Source: Candidatus Multivoradales bacterium (GTDB lineage Bacteria > Acidobacteriota > Thermoanaerobaculia > Multivoradales > J023). Taken from it: a stretch of 64,000 bases of DNA. The stretch covers positions 1,056,001 through 1,120,000 of the forward strand of contig CBDFLE010000006.1 of the NCBI GenBank assembly GCA_965248925.1, in the 5' to 3' direction. Positions 18,553-28,187 of this stretch are shown in pieces. The stretch's first letter is position 1. Each line of letters opens with the position of its first letter. The notes under the pieces were generated by a model that ran no database searches, was not told where the DNA came from, and was given only the letters and a program-made list of their open reading frames with translations. Position numbers and translations under genes: made by a program.

Positions 18553-20136
18553 ATGAGGGAACGAAGAACGCTTGGCCGCCAGCGGCCCACGGTAGTCTGC
18601 GCGCTGGCGCTGACCGGACTGATCCTGCTAAACGTCCTACCGACGCTGGCAGACTCTTCGCTGCTGCAGGATTTTGAAGACAAGACCACCGTCCATGTCC
18701 TGGACAACGGCTGGACCTTCATCATTGTCGAACGGCCGGTGGCACCGGTCTTCAGCTTCGCCACCATCGTTGACGTCGGCAGCGCCCAGGAAGTGCCCGG
18801 CATCACCGGTCTGGCGCACATGTTCGAGCATATGGCTTTTAAGGGCAGCCCCAACATCGGCACCACCGACTACGCGGCTGAGAAGCTGGCGTTGGCCGAG
18901 GTCGAGGCTGCCTATCAAGGCTACGAACTAGAGCATCACAATCCACAGGTCGATGAACAGCTGGTGGCCGAGCTGCTGGAGACTTTCCGCGCCAAGCAGG
19001 AAGCGGCCTTCGCCTTTGTCATCCCCAACGAGTTCGGCGACATTATCGAGCGCGAGGGCGGCGCTGACCTGAACGCCTTCACCAACACCGACATCACCGG
19101 CTACTTCTACTCGCTGCCGGCCAACAAGCTGGAACTCTTCGCTTACCTAGAGTCTGAGCGCTTCCTGCATCCGGTTTTCCGCGAGTTCTACAAAGAGCGC
19201 GACGTGGTCCAGGAAGAGCGCCGACTGCGTACCGAGAGCCGGCCGATAGGCCGGTTGATCGAGCAGACCGTCTCCACCGCTTTTACCGCCCATCCCTACC
19301 AGCAGCCGGTGGTCGGCCACATGAGCGATCTCAAGTCGTTCACCGCCACCGACGCCGAGGCCTTCTACAAGTTGCACTACGTGCCTTCCAACATGGTGAC
19401 AGCCTTGGTTGGCCAGCTCGACGCAGAGCAGATCATTCCGATCTTGGACAAGTACTTCGGCCGTATTCCGGCCGGCGCCGAGCCCGCCCGATTGCGCACC
19501 GTCGAGCCCGAACAGATCGGCGAGAAACAGGTGGTGATCGAAGACGCTTCGCAGCCCTGGTACGCCGAGATGTACCACCGCCCCAGCGGCAGCCACCCCG
19601 ACAACGAGGTCTATAGCGCGATCGACGACGTGCTGTCGAACGGTCGCACCTCGCGCCTCTACCGCTCGATGGTGCGGGACAAGAAGATCGCCACCTTCGC
19701 CTTCTCGATCAGCTCCTTCCCCGGCTCCAAATACCCTTCGCTGTGGGGTGCGCTTGGCATCACCGCCAAGAACCACCAAAACGAGGAAATTCAAAGCGCG
19801 CTGCGGGTCGAGCTCGAACGCCTCAAGACCGAGCCGATCAGCGACGGCGAACTGCGCCGCTTCCGCACGCGGGCTACCGCCAACCTAATCCGCTCGCTGT
19901 CCAGCAACATCGGTATCGCCCGGCAGTTCTCCATCACGCAGACCCTCCTCGGCGATTGGCGCGAGTCTTTCCGCCGCCTCAATCGCATCCAGCAAGTGAC
20001 GCCAGGGGATATCCAACGGGTCGCCCGCGAGACCTTTGTGGCATCCAACCGCACGGTGGGCATGATCGTCACCCAGACGGCAGAAGAAACCAGCGACAGC
20101 GATGGCGCCATCGCTGAACAGGAAGCCTCACCATGA
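18553..20136 (+). CDS. M16 (pitrilysin-family) zinc peptidase, catalytic subunit, exported
   Basis: TGLAHMFEHMAFKG (HxxEH), NAFT, ERDVVQEER; signal-like N-terminus; GAGG before ATG 18553. Confidence 0.93.
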   Translation: MRERRTLGRQRPTVVCALALTGLILLNVLPTLADSSLLQDFEDKTTVHVLDNGWTFIIVERPVAPVFSFATIVDVGSAQEVPGITGLAHMFEHMAFKGSPNIGTTDYAAEKLALAEVEAAYQGYELEHHNPQVDEQLVAELLETFRAKQEAAFAFVIPNEFGDIIEREGGADLNAFTNTDITGYFYSLPANKLELFAYLESERFLHPVFREFYKERDVVQEERRLRTESRPIGRLIEQTVSTAFTAHPYQQPVVGHMSDLKSFTATDAEAFYKLHYVPSNMVTALVGQLDAEQIIPILDKYFGRIPAGAEPARLRTVEPEQIGEKQVVIEDASQPWYAEMYHRPSGSHPDNEVYSAIDDVLSNGRTSRLYRSMVRDKKIATFAFSISSFPGSKYPSLWGALGITAKNHQNEEIQSALRVELERLKTEPISDGELRRFRTRATANLIRSLSSNIGIARQFSITQTLLGDWRESFRRLNRIQQVTPGDIQRVARETFVASNRTVGMIVTQTAEETSDSDGAIAEQEASP

Positions 20137-22265
20137 CTCAAATTAGAACTACGATCCTCCGCTTCGCGGCCTGCTCCTTATTAGCCGTACTACTCTTCGC
20201 TTCGCTCGCGAGCGCCCAGGCAACCCGCGTCGAAGAGCTCGAATACCCGGCGCTGCCCGAGTTCAAGGTTCCTCAACCCAGCCGCTACGAACTCGCTAAC
20301 GGCCTGGTGGTAATGCTGCTCGAAGATCACGAATTGCCCTTGGTCAACGCCCAAGTCCTGGTCAAAACCGGTTCCCGGTTGGAACCCGCCGACAAGATCG
20401 GTTTGGCCGGCCTGGTGGGCCAGATGATGCGCAGTGGCGGTACCCAGAAACTGGCCAGTGACGAACTCGACGATCTACTTGAGGATCGCGCGGCGCGCAT
20501 TGAGACCTTCATCGGCACCTCCACCGGCAATGCTTCGCTGAGCTGTCTCAAGGACGACCTCCCCGAGATCCTGGTCGTGCTCGCCGACGTCTTGCGGATC
20601 CCGGCTTTCGAAGAAGACAAGCTGGCGGTGGCCAAGAATCAGCTGATCTCCGGCATCTCGCGCCAAAACGACAACGCTGGCGGAATTCTCTCCCGGGAAT
20701 CCCAGGAGATTCGCTACGGCGCCGATTCGCCCTACACGCGAATTCCGACTTACGCTAGCTCTGGAAGTATCGTTCGGAATGATTTAATGGCCTTTCACGG
20801 CCGCTACTACCATCCCGATCAGATGATCCTCGGCTTGGTCGGGGACTTCGATTCGAAGACGGTCAAGAAGTTGATCGAGCAGACCTTCGGCAACTGGCCG
20901 CAGGGCCCGCAAATCCAACAGCCGGCGGCGCCCTATCGCCAGAACGCCAATCCGGGCATCTTCTACATCGAGAAGAACGACGTCACCCAGAGCAACATCT
21001 GGATCGGCCATCCCGGCATCTTGCGCAGCAACCCGCACTATTTCGAGATCGAAGTGATGAACCAGATCTTCGGCGGCTCCTTCGCCTCGCGTCTGTTCTC
21101 GAATGTGCGTTCGAAGAAGGGCCTGGCCTACTCAGTGCGCGGCGGCGTCGGTTCCCGGTGGGATTACGAAGGCACTTTCTCGATGCGCTTGAGCACCAAG
21201 ACCGAGACCACGGCCGCCGCTATCGACGCGCTGATCGAGGAGGCTCGCAACCTGGTGGACAAGGCTCCCAGCAACGAAGAAGTCGCCAAGGCCAAGACCT
21301 CGATCTTGAACTCCTTCGTCTTCAGAAGCGACTCGACCGCCGAAATCCTACGGCAGCAGATGGTCTACGAGTACTACGGCTATCCGCTGGACTGGCTGAG
21401 CAGCTACCGCACCGGCATCGAGCAAGTCACCGCCGATCAGGTGCGAGCCGCCGCCAATACTTATGTACGGCCGGAGGATTTCTCGATCCTAGTGGTCGGC
21501 CCCAAAGAAGGCCTGGATCGGCCGCTGAGCGACTTTGGCACAGTGCAGATCGTCGACATCACCATCCCCGAACCCGAGGCCGAAGCGGTAGAGACCACCG
21601 CCGAAGGCATGGCTCGCGGCCGCGAGCTGCTGACCAAGGCGGTCGCGACGATCGGCGGCGGCGAGCGCCTGGCTGGGCTGAAGACCCTCAGCGTCAAAGC
21701 CGCCAATTCCCTAACCACGCCGCAAGGAGAGATGTCCATGGCGGTCGAGTCAGTGGTGGTGCTGCCTAACCAGATGCGCGCCCAGATCACCTTGCCAATG
21801 GGCACCATGACGCGGATTCTCAATGGCGACAAAGGGATGATGGAGATGGCTGGCCGTAGGCAGGGGCTGCCCGAGTCACAGGTCGCCGATCTGAAGAAGA
21901 GCCTCAATCGGCAGCTGCTCATCTTGCTCAGCCATCACGATAGCCTGACTGCCAATGCCAGCGGTACGGCAAAAGTAGGCGACAGCAGCGTCGAGCTGGT
22001 CCACGTCGAGTTCGACGGCGACACCACTATTTTGGGCATCGAGCCTGAGAGCGGCCGGGTGTTGTCCTTGACCCACCAGGGAACGGGGATGGGCAGCACA
22101 CCTGGAGAGATCCATCAGGTAAACTCCGATTTCCGTGAGATCGATGGCTTCGAGCTGGCCTTCAAGATCGTCGTCACCTTCAACGGCGAACCGATGATGA
22201 CCTCGATTCTGGAATCGGCGGTGATCAACGGCCCGGTCGCCGAGGATACCTTCGCCATCGAGTGA
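20133..22265 (+). CDS. M16 peptidase non-catalytic partner subunit with extra C-terminal domain
   Basis: ELANGL..ML.EDHELPLV, SRLFSNVRSKKGLAY; no HxxEH; ATGA overlap with the upstream gene; about 230-aa beta-rich extension. Confidence 0.9.
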   Translation: MTQIRTTILRFAACSLLAVLLFASLASAQATRVEELEYPALPEFKVPQPSRYELANGLVVMLLEDHELPLVNAQVLVKTGSRLEPADKIGLAGLVGQMMRSGGTQKLASDELDDLLEDRAARIETFIGTSTGNASLSCLKDDLPEILVVLADVLRIPAFEEDKLAVAKNQLISGISRQNDNAGGILSRESQEIRYGADSPYTRIPTYASSGSIVRNDLMAFHGRYYHPDQMILGLVGDFDSKTVKKLIEQTFGNWPQGPQIQQPAAPYRQNANPGIFYIEKNDVTQSNIWIGHPGILRSNPHYFEIEVMNQIFGGSFASRLFSNVRSKKGLAYSVRGGVGSRWDYEGTFSMRLSTKTETTAAAIDALIEEARNLVDKAPSNEEVAKAKTSILNSFVFRSDSTAEILRQQMVYEYYGYPLDWLSSYRTGIEQVTADQVRAAANTYVRPEDFSILVVGPKEGLDRPLSDFGTVQIVDITIPEPEAEAVETTAEGMARGRELLTKAVATIGGGERLAGLKTLSVKAANSLTTPQGEMSMAVESVVVLPNQMRAQITLPMGTMTRILNGDKGMMEMAGRRQGLPESQVADLKKSLNRQLLILLSHHDSLTANASGTAKVGDSSVELVHVEFDGDTTILGIEPESGRVLSLTHQGTGMGSTPGEIHQVNSDFREIDGFELAFKIVVTFNGEPMMTSILESAVINGPVAEDTFAIE

Positions 22266-22281
22266 CGAAGTCCGAGCTACT

Positions 22282-23292
22282 ATGGAAGTCGCGCCACTGC
22301 TGGACCAGATTGGTCTGATCATCGAACGCCATCAAGGGCGGCGTGTGGTCGTGCCCTTCGACACCGGTATTTTTTCGCTCGACAAGGATGTCCTTGAGCA
22401 GGTTGGTACCCTGCTCGAGGGCTCATCCGTCTTGATGAGCGCGGCCCTCGATCACTACGATCAGCTCTGCGCCGAGAGTGACGGCGACGCTCTGGACCGC
22501 TTGAGCCAGATGCCCGCCGCGACCTCTAGCGAGGTGGCTGCGCAGCAGATCGCCAGCGTTGCCTTCGTCGGCAACGCCCAGGTGCGCGAGCTGGGCGAAG
22601 AGTTGCAACGGGCTAAGATCGACAGCAACCACTGGCGACAAGCCGCCCTGAGCGACACTGCCGTGCGCGAGACCGTGCGCGCCCTGATCGCCCTTGAAAG
22701 CGCCATGCTGGAGTACGAGGGTCTGCCGCAAAAAGAGCGCCAATGGGCCGAACTCGAAGATTCGCTAGAGATTCGCCTGCTCTACACCCAATTACGCCGC
22801 ACCGTAATCGAGGGCGGCGAGCCGCGGGACCGCGAAGAACTGGTGCGGCGGCTGCGCAAATCAGCCCGTCGAATCGCTATTTTGCGGGATCTCAAGATCT
22901 ACCCATTTCTGAGAATTTCTGACCGCTTGGAAATTCGCGGTCTGCAAAAACGCATCATGGCCTGGCTAGAGCGGGCCGACAGCGATCGGCAGTCCGGCCT
23001 ACGCTTGTGGCAAGATCTGGCCAGTTTTTCCCGCTTGCTGCGGCAGATCAATCGCCGGGAAGAGGTTCGCGAGCACGACCGGCGGACTGTTCTCGAGACC
23101 TACCGGATGCTCTTCGGCGCCTTCGAACAACCCACCAAGATGCCCGCCGCGACCCGCCAACGCTTAGAGTCGCTAGCCGGTCGCGACGACCAACTCGACA
23201 GCCTGCTGCGCCTGCGTGAAGCCCTGACCCCGGATCTGCTGCGCACCGTGCTAGAGCGCCTCAAAGTCGAGGTCCAAGGCTCCCACCCCTGA
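22282..23292 (+). CDS. Hypothetical alpha-helical protein
   Basis: 336-aa ORF with host-like codon usage, 16 bp downstream of the M16 pair. Confidence 0.75.
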   Translation: MEVAPLLDQIGLIIERHQGRRVVVPFDTGIFSLDKDVLEQVGTLLEGSSVLMSAALDHYDQLCAESDGDALDRLSQMPAATSSEVAAQQIASVAFVGNAQVRELGEELQRAKIDSNHWRQAALSDTAVRETVRALIALESAMLEYEGLPQKERQWAELEDSLEIRLLYTQLRRTVIEGGEPRDREELVRRLRKSARRIAILRDLKIYPFLRISDRLEIRGLQKRIMAWLERADSDRQSGLRLWQDLASFSRLLRQINRREEVREHDRRTVLETYRMLFGAFEQPTKMPAATRQRLESLAGRDDQLDSLLRLREALTPDLLRTVLERLKVEVQGSHP

Positions 23293-23323
23293 GCGAGACC
23301 GCTCGACGGACCGCTGCCGCCGA

Positions 23324-23935
23324 TCAGTAGTCCGTAGCGGCAGCGGCATCAGCCTGGCGCCGAGCCTTGAGCGACTGAAAGACCAGGAAACCGCCGAAGA
23401 CGAGCAGTAGGTATGGCCACTGGCGGACCAACCAGGTTAAGTCGAAGTCGAAGAAGCGCAGCATCAGGCCATAGGTACCGACCACCATCAGCATCACTCC
23501 GGGGACCAGCGCCCCGCCACCGACCTGCGGCCGATCGGCGATCCCCAAATCGGTAGACTGACCAGAATTGATCAACGTAGCCTGGCGAAAAGCATCAAAG
23601 ACGTTGAAAAAGAACAGAAAAGCGATACTCGGCGCAAGGAAGGCGATCTCACTCTCTGGGGCATCGCCTCCAGTCACCGAGACCACCAGCGAGATCAAAC
23701 CGACGAAGGCCAAGAAGAAAGCCACGCCGCGCAAGTAGAGTCCATTGTAGATATTGCCCAGGCCCGGCATAAAGCTCAGCACCGCGGCCAACATCGGCGA
23801 CTTGTAATGGCCCCCCACCGGCTCAGCGGCATGGTGCCCTGGGTAAACGGGCCTTGGTGGCGGCGGCGCTAAGGGCGCCGCGGCTTCCTCAGGCCCCGTC
23901 TCGTTCTGGATCTCGTCGTGCTCGCTCATGCTCAT
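23324..23935 (-). CDS. Membrane protein of the ECF sigma operon (TM2/DUF5668-like)
   Basis: KSPMLAAVLSFMPGLGNIYNG.Y.RG; C-terminal WPYLLLVFGG; several TM helices. Confidence 0.78.
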   Translation of the reverse strand: MSMSEHDEIQNETGPEEAAAPLAPPPPRPVYPGHHAAEPVGGHYKSPMLAAVLSFMPGLGNIYNGLYLRGVAFFLAFVGLISLVVSVTGGDAPESEIAFLAPSIAFLFFFNVFDAFRQATLINSGQSTDLGIADRPQVGGGALVPGVMLMVVGTYGLMLRFFDFDLTWLVRQWPYLLLVFGGFLVFQSLKARRQADAAAATDY

Positions 23936-24671
23936 CTCCTTCGCTGTTCTTGTTCAGCGTCTGATCTATCTTCTGCCAGAGTTCTCTGGCGGCGGGTACT
24001 GCTCCACTAACTTCGACGACTCGGCCTCCGAGGTGGGAAATCTGTGCGAGATGGCTGCTGGTGTAGACGTAGGCAGCGCCGATACCGCCGCTGAAGCTGC
24101 GCCAGGTCCGGTGACCAACATCTGAGCCACTAGCTACCCAGCCGACAGCTTGGGTCCGCGCTTGTCTGGCTTGAGTACCCAAGGGTTCGGCAAGCTCAGG
24201 AGCCGCCGCCATCAGTCCGAGAGTGAGCAAGCAGCAGGCTGCCAGTCCTTGCCACAGATCCGGAGTCTGTGTCCGCGGCGGTCGCCGAGCCAGCGCACTC
24301 AGCCGCTGCGCCAGGCTCTCTGGCAGACGAAACCGGCGAGGCACCAAGGCCGTGACTAGGGTGTCGTAGAGATCCCTACAGCGACCACAATGCTCAAGAT
24401 GGTCAACCACTTCCGCGGTGGGCAGCTCACCCCGAGCGGCGGCTCGGGCGGCCCGGTAGAGGCGTTGCTGTTGCACGCAGCGGGCGGCGCGTCGGGGAAT
24501 CTGCCGCAACCGATCTGCCAAAGCCGCCGGTAGCGGCCGGCGAACGATGCTGTCGGCGGCGCCTTCAAGACTCGCCGCCCAGGCAGCACAAGCCGCGCAG
24601 CGGCCCCGATGGGAGGCGCTCAGACCGATCTCGAACTCAGCGCGGAAGCGACGGCAAGAGGGCCTCAACAT
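23889..24671 (-). CDS. Zinc-binding anti-sigma factor with two HxxxCxxC motifs and a TM helix
   Basis: HRGRCAAC and HLEHCGRC; overlaps the 3' end of the ECF sigma gene. Confidence 0.75.
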   Translation of the reverse strand: MLRPSCRRFRAEFEIGLSASHRGRCAACAAWAASLEGAADSIVRRPLPAALADRLRQIPRRAARCVQQQRLYRAARAAARGELPTAEVVDHLEHCGRCRDLYDTLVTALVPRRFRLPESLAQRLSALARRPPRTQTPDLWQGLAACCLLTLGLMAAAPELAEPLGTQARQARTQAVGWVASGSDVGHRTWRSFSGGIGAAYVYTSSHLAQISHLGGRVVEVSGAVPAARELWQKIDQTLNKNSEGDEHERARRDPERDGA

Positions 24672-25270
24672 GGTGACACCTGCTTCATCGCCAGCCCCGC
24701 GGAGTCTGCGATGAGCCGTAGGTCCAACCGACGCACCAGCTCACGGCGGGCGCGATTGAGACGTGACTTGAGGGTGCCGCTGGGCACCTCCAAAAAAGCA
24801 GCCATCTCGTCGTAGGCCAGACCTTGGAGATCGCGCAGAGTCAGGACCAAGGCTAGCTGCTCTGGGAGTTCTGCCAGCACGCTCGCCACCAGGTCTCGAC
24901 GCTCGCGACGCTCCGCGCGAGCGGCCGAATCGTCGCTTGCCGGCATTCGCGCCAGGGCTTCCTCTCCAGCCGTCTCTGCCAATTGCCGAGCCCGGCCGCG
25001 GCGATAGAGATCGATGCACAGATTGCGCGACAGCCGCAGAGCCCAAGCCACCAAGGGAACCTCGCCCCGGTAGCGACCCAGCTGGCTGAAGAGCTTGAGG
25101 AAGATCTCCTGGGTCAGATCCTCAGCCTCCGCCGGCTGGCGAGCAAAGCGAAAGGCCAAGTTGTAGATCCGTTCACCGAAGCGCTCGACAATCTGATCCC
25201 AGGCGGCAGCGTCGCCGCGCGCCGCGCGCCGCGCCAGGAAAAGATCGGGGGAATGAGTACTCGATGCCAT
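24665..25270 (-). CDS. ECF RNA polymerase sigma factor
   Basis: AEDLTQEIFLK, W..RLSRNLCID, LRDLQGLAYDEMA..L.VPSGTLKSRLNRAR. Confidence 0.95.
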   Translation of the reverse strand: MASSTHSPDLFLARRAARGDAAAWDQIVERFGERIYNLAFRFARQPAEAEDLTQEIFLKLFSQLGRYRGEVPLVAWALRLSRNLCIDLYRRGRARQLAETAGEEALARMPASDDSAARAERRERRDLVASVLAELPEQLALVLTLRDLQGLAYDEMAAFLEVPSGTLKSRLNRARRELVRRLDLRLIADSAGLAMKQVSPC

Positions 25271-25497
25271 CTCACACCCTAAGACGCAGCGCCGCGGAAA
25301 AAAGTTCGCGCCATGCGATCAGCCATTCTCGGGGGAGCAGCTGCTCAGCTGCTAGGTCGAGGAGCCTCCCTTTCGACATCTCGCCCAGCCCTGCGCTGCC
25401 CGGAGATCGACCTCGCTTTCGCCCCCGGCACTGAGGTCAGAACGCCACCGTCCGGCGAGCCGCTTCCAAGTCGCCACCGCAATATTGGTCTTGGCGC

Positions 25498-27465
25498 TCA
25501 GAGATTCCCCACCATCAACTCCGCCACCAGCTGGTTGAACTTGGCCGGCTGGTGAAGATCGGAGCCTTCGGCCAGCAGACCGTAGCCGAGTAGCAGGTGG
25601 GCGGCATCGGCCAGCTTGCTGTCGCCCGAATCGGCGAGCAGGCGCTGATGCAGCTTGAAGACCAACTCGTGCTTGGGATTGAGCTCCAAGATGCGCTTCT
25701 GCCGCGGCATCGCGGAGCCCTCGGCTTCACGCATCAAGCGTTCGAGCTGCGGACTCATGTCGAACTCTCCACCCACCAAGCAAGCGGGCGAGGTGGTCAG
25801 GCGGGTCGATAGACGAACTTCACTGACCCAGTCATCAATCGGCTTCTGTAAGGCGCTGAGCAGGTCGCCGAACTCTTCCTGTTTTTCCTTGAGGGCTTCT
25901 TCGGCCTCTTTCTTCTCTTCTTCGGTGCCCAACTCGACGGTACCTTTGCCAACCGACCTGAGCCTCTTACCGTCGTGTTCAGGGAGGCTCTGCACCCACA
26001 TCTCGTCGACCGGATCGACCAGGTAGAGCACTTCGTATCCCTTGGACTGGAAGGCCTCCAAATGGGGCGACTCCTCGACCACCGAACGCGATTCGCCGGT
26101 CAGGTAGAAGATCTCTTCCTGACCTTCCTTCATCCTCTCGACATACTCGTCGAGGGTGGTCAGCTTCTCGGCATCGGCCGAACTTTGGCACAGCAACAGC
26201 GTTACCAGCCGGTCGCGGTTGTCGTGGTCGCTGCCGACCCCTTCTTTGAGCACGCGGCCGAACTCACCCCACAGCTTTAGGTATTTCTCGGGCTCGTCCT
26301 GGCGCAGCTTCTGCAGATGATCGAGCACCTTGCGGGTCAGCCATTTGCGCATCTGGGTCAGATGGCGGTCCTGCTGCACCAACTCGCGAGAGACGTTGAG
26401 CGGCAGATCGGCCGAGTCCACTACCCCGCGCAGGAAACGCAGGTAGCTCGGCAGCAGCTCTTGGCAGGCGTCCTTGATCAGCACTCGGCGCACGTAGAGT
26501 TGCAAACCAAATTGCTGATCGCGGTAGTAGAGATCCCACGGCGCCTTGGAAGGTAGGAATAACAGGGCACGATATTCGATCCGCCCCTCGGCGCTCAGCG
26601 ACAGGTGGTCTAGGGGTTCGCTCCAATCGTGGGAGATGTGTTTGTAGAACTCGTCGTACTCTGAGTCTTCGACCTCGGCCGCCGGCCGGGTCCAGATCGG
26701 CTTCATCGAGTTCAGAGTCTTGTCTTCGACCACCACTTCGGTCTTTCCTTCGATCGGCTTGCCTTCTTCATCGAGTACCGGTTCTTGGCGCTCGTGCTTG
26801 ATGCGCACCGGATAGGCAACAAAGTCGCTGTAGCGTTTGACGATGCCTTCGAGAGTGGAGAATTCGGCGAAGTCGTCGAGACCGGCGTCGCGATCTACCT
26901 CTTTCAAGTGCAAGGTGATGGTGGTGCCGCGCAGGAAGCGACTGCCTTCGGCCAACGAGTAAGAGCCGTCGCCGGTCGACTCCCAGACAGTGGCATTCTC
27001 GTCGCCGGACCGCCGGGTGGTGACCGTCACTCGGTCGGCGACCATGAAGGCGCTGTAGAAGCCAACACCGAATTGGCCGATCAGCTCAGCCGCCGCGGTG
27101 GTCGATTTCGATTCTTTGATCTGCTGCATCAACTCGCGGCTGCCGGATTTGGCGATGGTGCCAAGGTTGGCAATCACCTCCTCGCGGTTCATGCCGATCC
27201 CGTTGTCGAGAATCCTCAGGGTGCGGGCCTGGGAATCGGCTTCGAGACGGATCTCGAGCTCTTCGTCTTGCTCCAGGATGCCGGGCTCGGTGAGGGCCTC
27301 GAAACGCAACCGATCGAGAGCGTCGGAGGAGTTGGAGATCAACTCGCGGAGGAAGATCTCTTTGCTGGAGTACAGCGAGTGAATGACAATATCGAGCAGC
27401 TGCCGGGCTTCGGCCTGAAATTGATGCGACTCGGTCTGCGGCGCTTCTTCGGTCTTGACGGTCAT
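25498..27465 (-). CDS. htpG: Molecular chaperone HtpG (Hsp90)
   Basis: FQAE..QLL....HSLYS.KEIFLRELISN, GTIAKSG, IGQFGVGFYS, DLPLNVSRE, LELNPKH; ATG 27465 after AAGGA. Confidence 0.98.
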   Translation of the reverse strand: MTVKTEEAPQTESHQFQAEARQLLDIVIHSLYSSKEIFLRELISNSSDALDRLRFEALTEPGILEQDEELEIRLEADSQARTLRILDNGIGMNREEVIANLGTIAKSGSRELMQQIKESKSTTAAAELIGQFGVGFYSAFMVADRVTVTTRRSGDENATVWESTGDGSYSLAEGSRFLRGTTITLHLKEVDRDAGLDDFAEFSTLEGIVKRYSDFVAYPVRIKHERQEPVLDEEGKPIEGKTEVVVEDKTLNSMKPIWTRPAAEVEDSEYDEFYKHISHDWSEPLDHLSLSAEGRIEYRALLFLPSKAPWDLYYRDQQFGLQLYVRRVLIKDACQELLPSYLRFLRGVVDSADLPLNVSRELVQQDRHLTQMRKWLTRKVLDHLQKLRQDEPEKYLKLWGEFGRVLKEGVGSDHDNRDRLVTLLLCQSSADAEKLTTLDEYVERMKEGQEEIFYLTGESRSVVEESPHLEAFQSKGYEVLYLVDPVDEMWVQSLPEHDGKRLRSVGKGTVELGTEEEKKEAEEALKEKQEEFGDLLSALQKPIDDWVSEVRLSTRLTTSPACLVGGEFDMSPQLERLMREAEGSAMPRQKRILELNPKHELVFKLHQRLLADSGDSKLADAAHLLLGYGLLAEGSDLHQPAKFNQLVAELMVGNL

Positions 27466-27534
27466 TGAGTGTCCTTCCTTGCGGGTCGTCGCACAGCGCT
27501 GCCCGGATCCGTGGGCAGCTGAGACTGTTTCGAG

Positions 27535-27560
27535 AAATGGGCGGCGAGGGCCCTGAAAAG
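27535..27560 (-). promoter_or_regulatory. Possible sigma-32-like heat-shock promoter of htpG
   Basis: Minus strand CTTTTC-N13-CCCATTT vs consensus CTTGAA-N13-17-CCCCATNT; the -35 match is weak. Confidence 0.3.
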
Positions 27561-27636
27561 TTGTTTGACGGTAGAACAAAACCTACCACTGGCGCTGTAT
27601 TATTCCCCCCTCCCTGATCCAACCTGAGGAAAAGCA

Positions 27637-27984
27637 ATGCTCGAGCTGATCTGCAAACGCACCTGAAGCACCTGTCGCAAGGCGGTCGCCTTGCTCGAAG
27701 AACACGGAGCTGAATACCGCTACCGTGAGTACACCCAAGAACCGCTCGATGAAACCGAGCTACGACGCGTGCTCACCCTGCTCGGTGTCGAACCGCAGCA
27801 GGTGTTGCGCCGCCGCGACCGCGCCTACGCGGAACTGGGTCTGACCGGCGAGGAATCCGCCGACCAGCTGATCACCCACATGGCTAGCCACCCGACCCTG
27901 CTGCAAAGGCCGATCGGCGTCCTCGGCAAGCGGGCGGTGGTCGGCAGACCGGTGGAACGATTGCTGGAGCTGCTACAGTCCTGA
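27637..27984 (+). CDS. ArsC/Spx-family selenoprotein, copy 1 (Sec at codon 10)
   Basis: GAGG RBS, ATG 27637, MLELICKRT-TGA-STCRKA; TGA (27664-27666) occupies the catalytic Cys position; HPTLLQRPI..GRP motifs. Confidence 0.88.
27677..27694 (+). promoter_or_regulatory. Bacterial SECIS hairpin, copy 1
   Basis: GCAAGGC-GGTC-GCCTTGC, perfect 7-bp stem with a G-initiated loop, starting 11 nt after the TGA. Confidence 0.82.
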
Positions 27985-28028
27985 GTCTTCGGCCCAGCGT
28001 CGGCAATCCACTGTGGAGATTCAAATCA

Positions 28029-28183
28029 AAGTCGTCAATAATGACGACTTAACGCCTTCTCTGACGATAAGTCGTCTAAAAAGACGACTTGGACTTGGAA
28101 ATGACAGTAGGCAGAAGATATGATTCGTAACACCTGACGACTTAGGGTCAATTCAGTCGATAAGTTGCCAGCCTGGTCGAGTT
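28029..28183. promoter_or_regulatory. Four palindromic operator-like boxes AAGTCGTC-N6-GACGACTT upstream of hipB
   Basis: Perfect at 28029-28050 and 28069-28090; degenerate at 28122-28143 and 28162-28183; two pairs with 40-bp spacing. Confidence 0.8.
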
Positions 28184-28187
28184 GTAG

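Larger units (their letters stand above)
27527..27974 (+). repeat. Direct repeat copy A1 (upstream region plus arsC-like gene); partner 34115-34562
   Basis: Colinear at a constant offset of 6588 bp with scattered substitutions. Confidence 0.95.

Noticed and set aside
27466-27579. 38-aa N-terminal extension of HtpG in the ORF track
   Set aside because: An RBS-supported ATG at 27465 fits homologous starts; the upstream part is promoter DNA also duplicated at 34115.
27664-27666. TGA as a genome-wide recoded codon or a simple nonsense mutation
   Set aside because: Many genes here end in TGA, so there is no general recoding; position at the catalytic Cys, the SECIS and conservation in both copies favour Sec.
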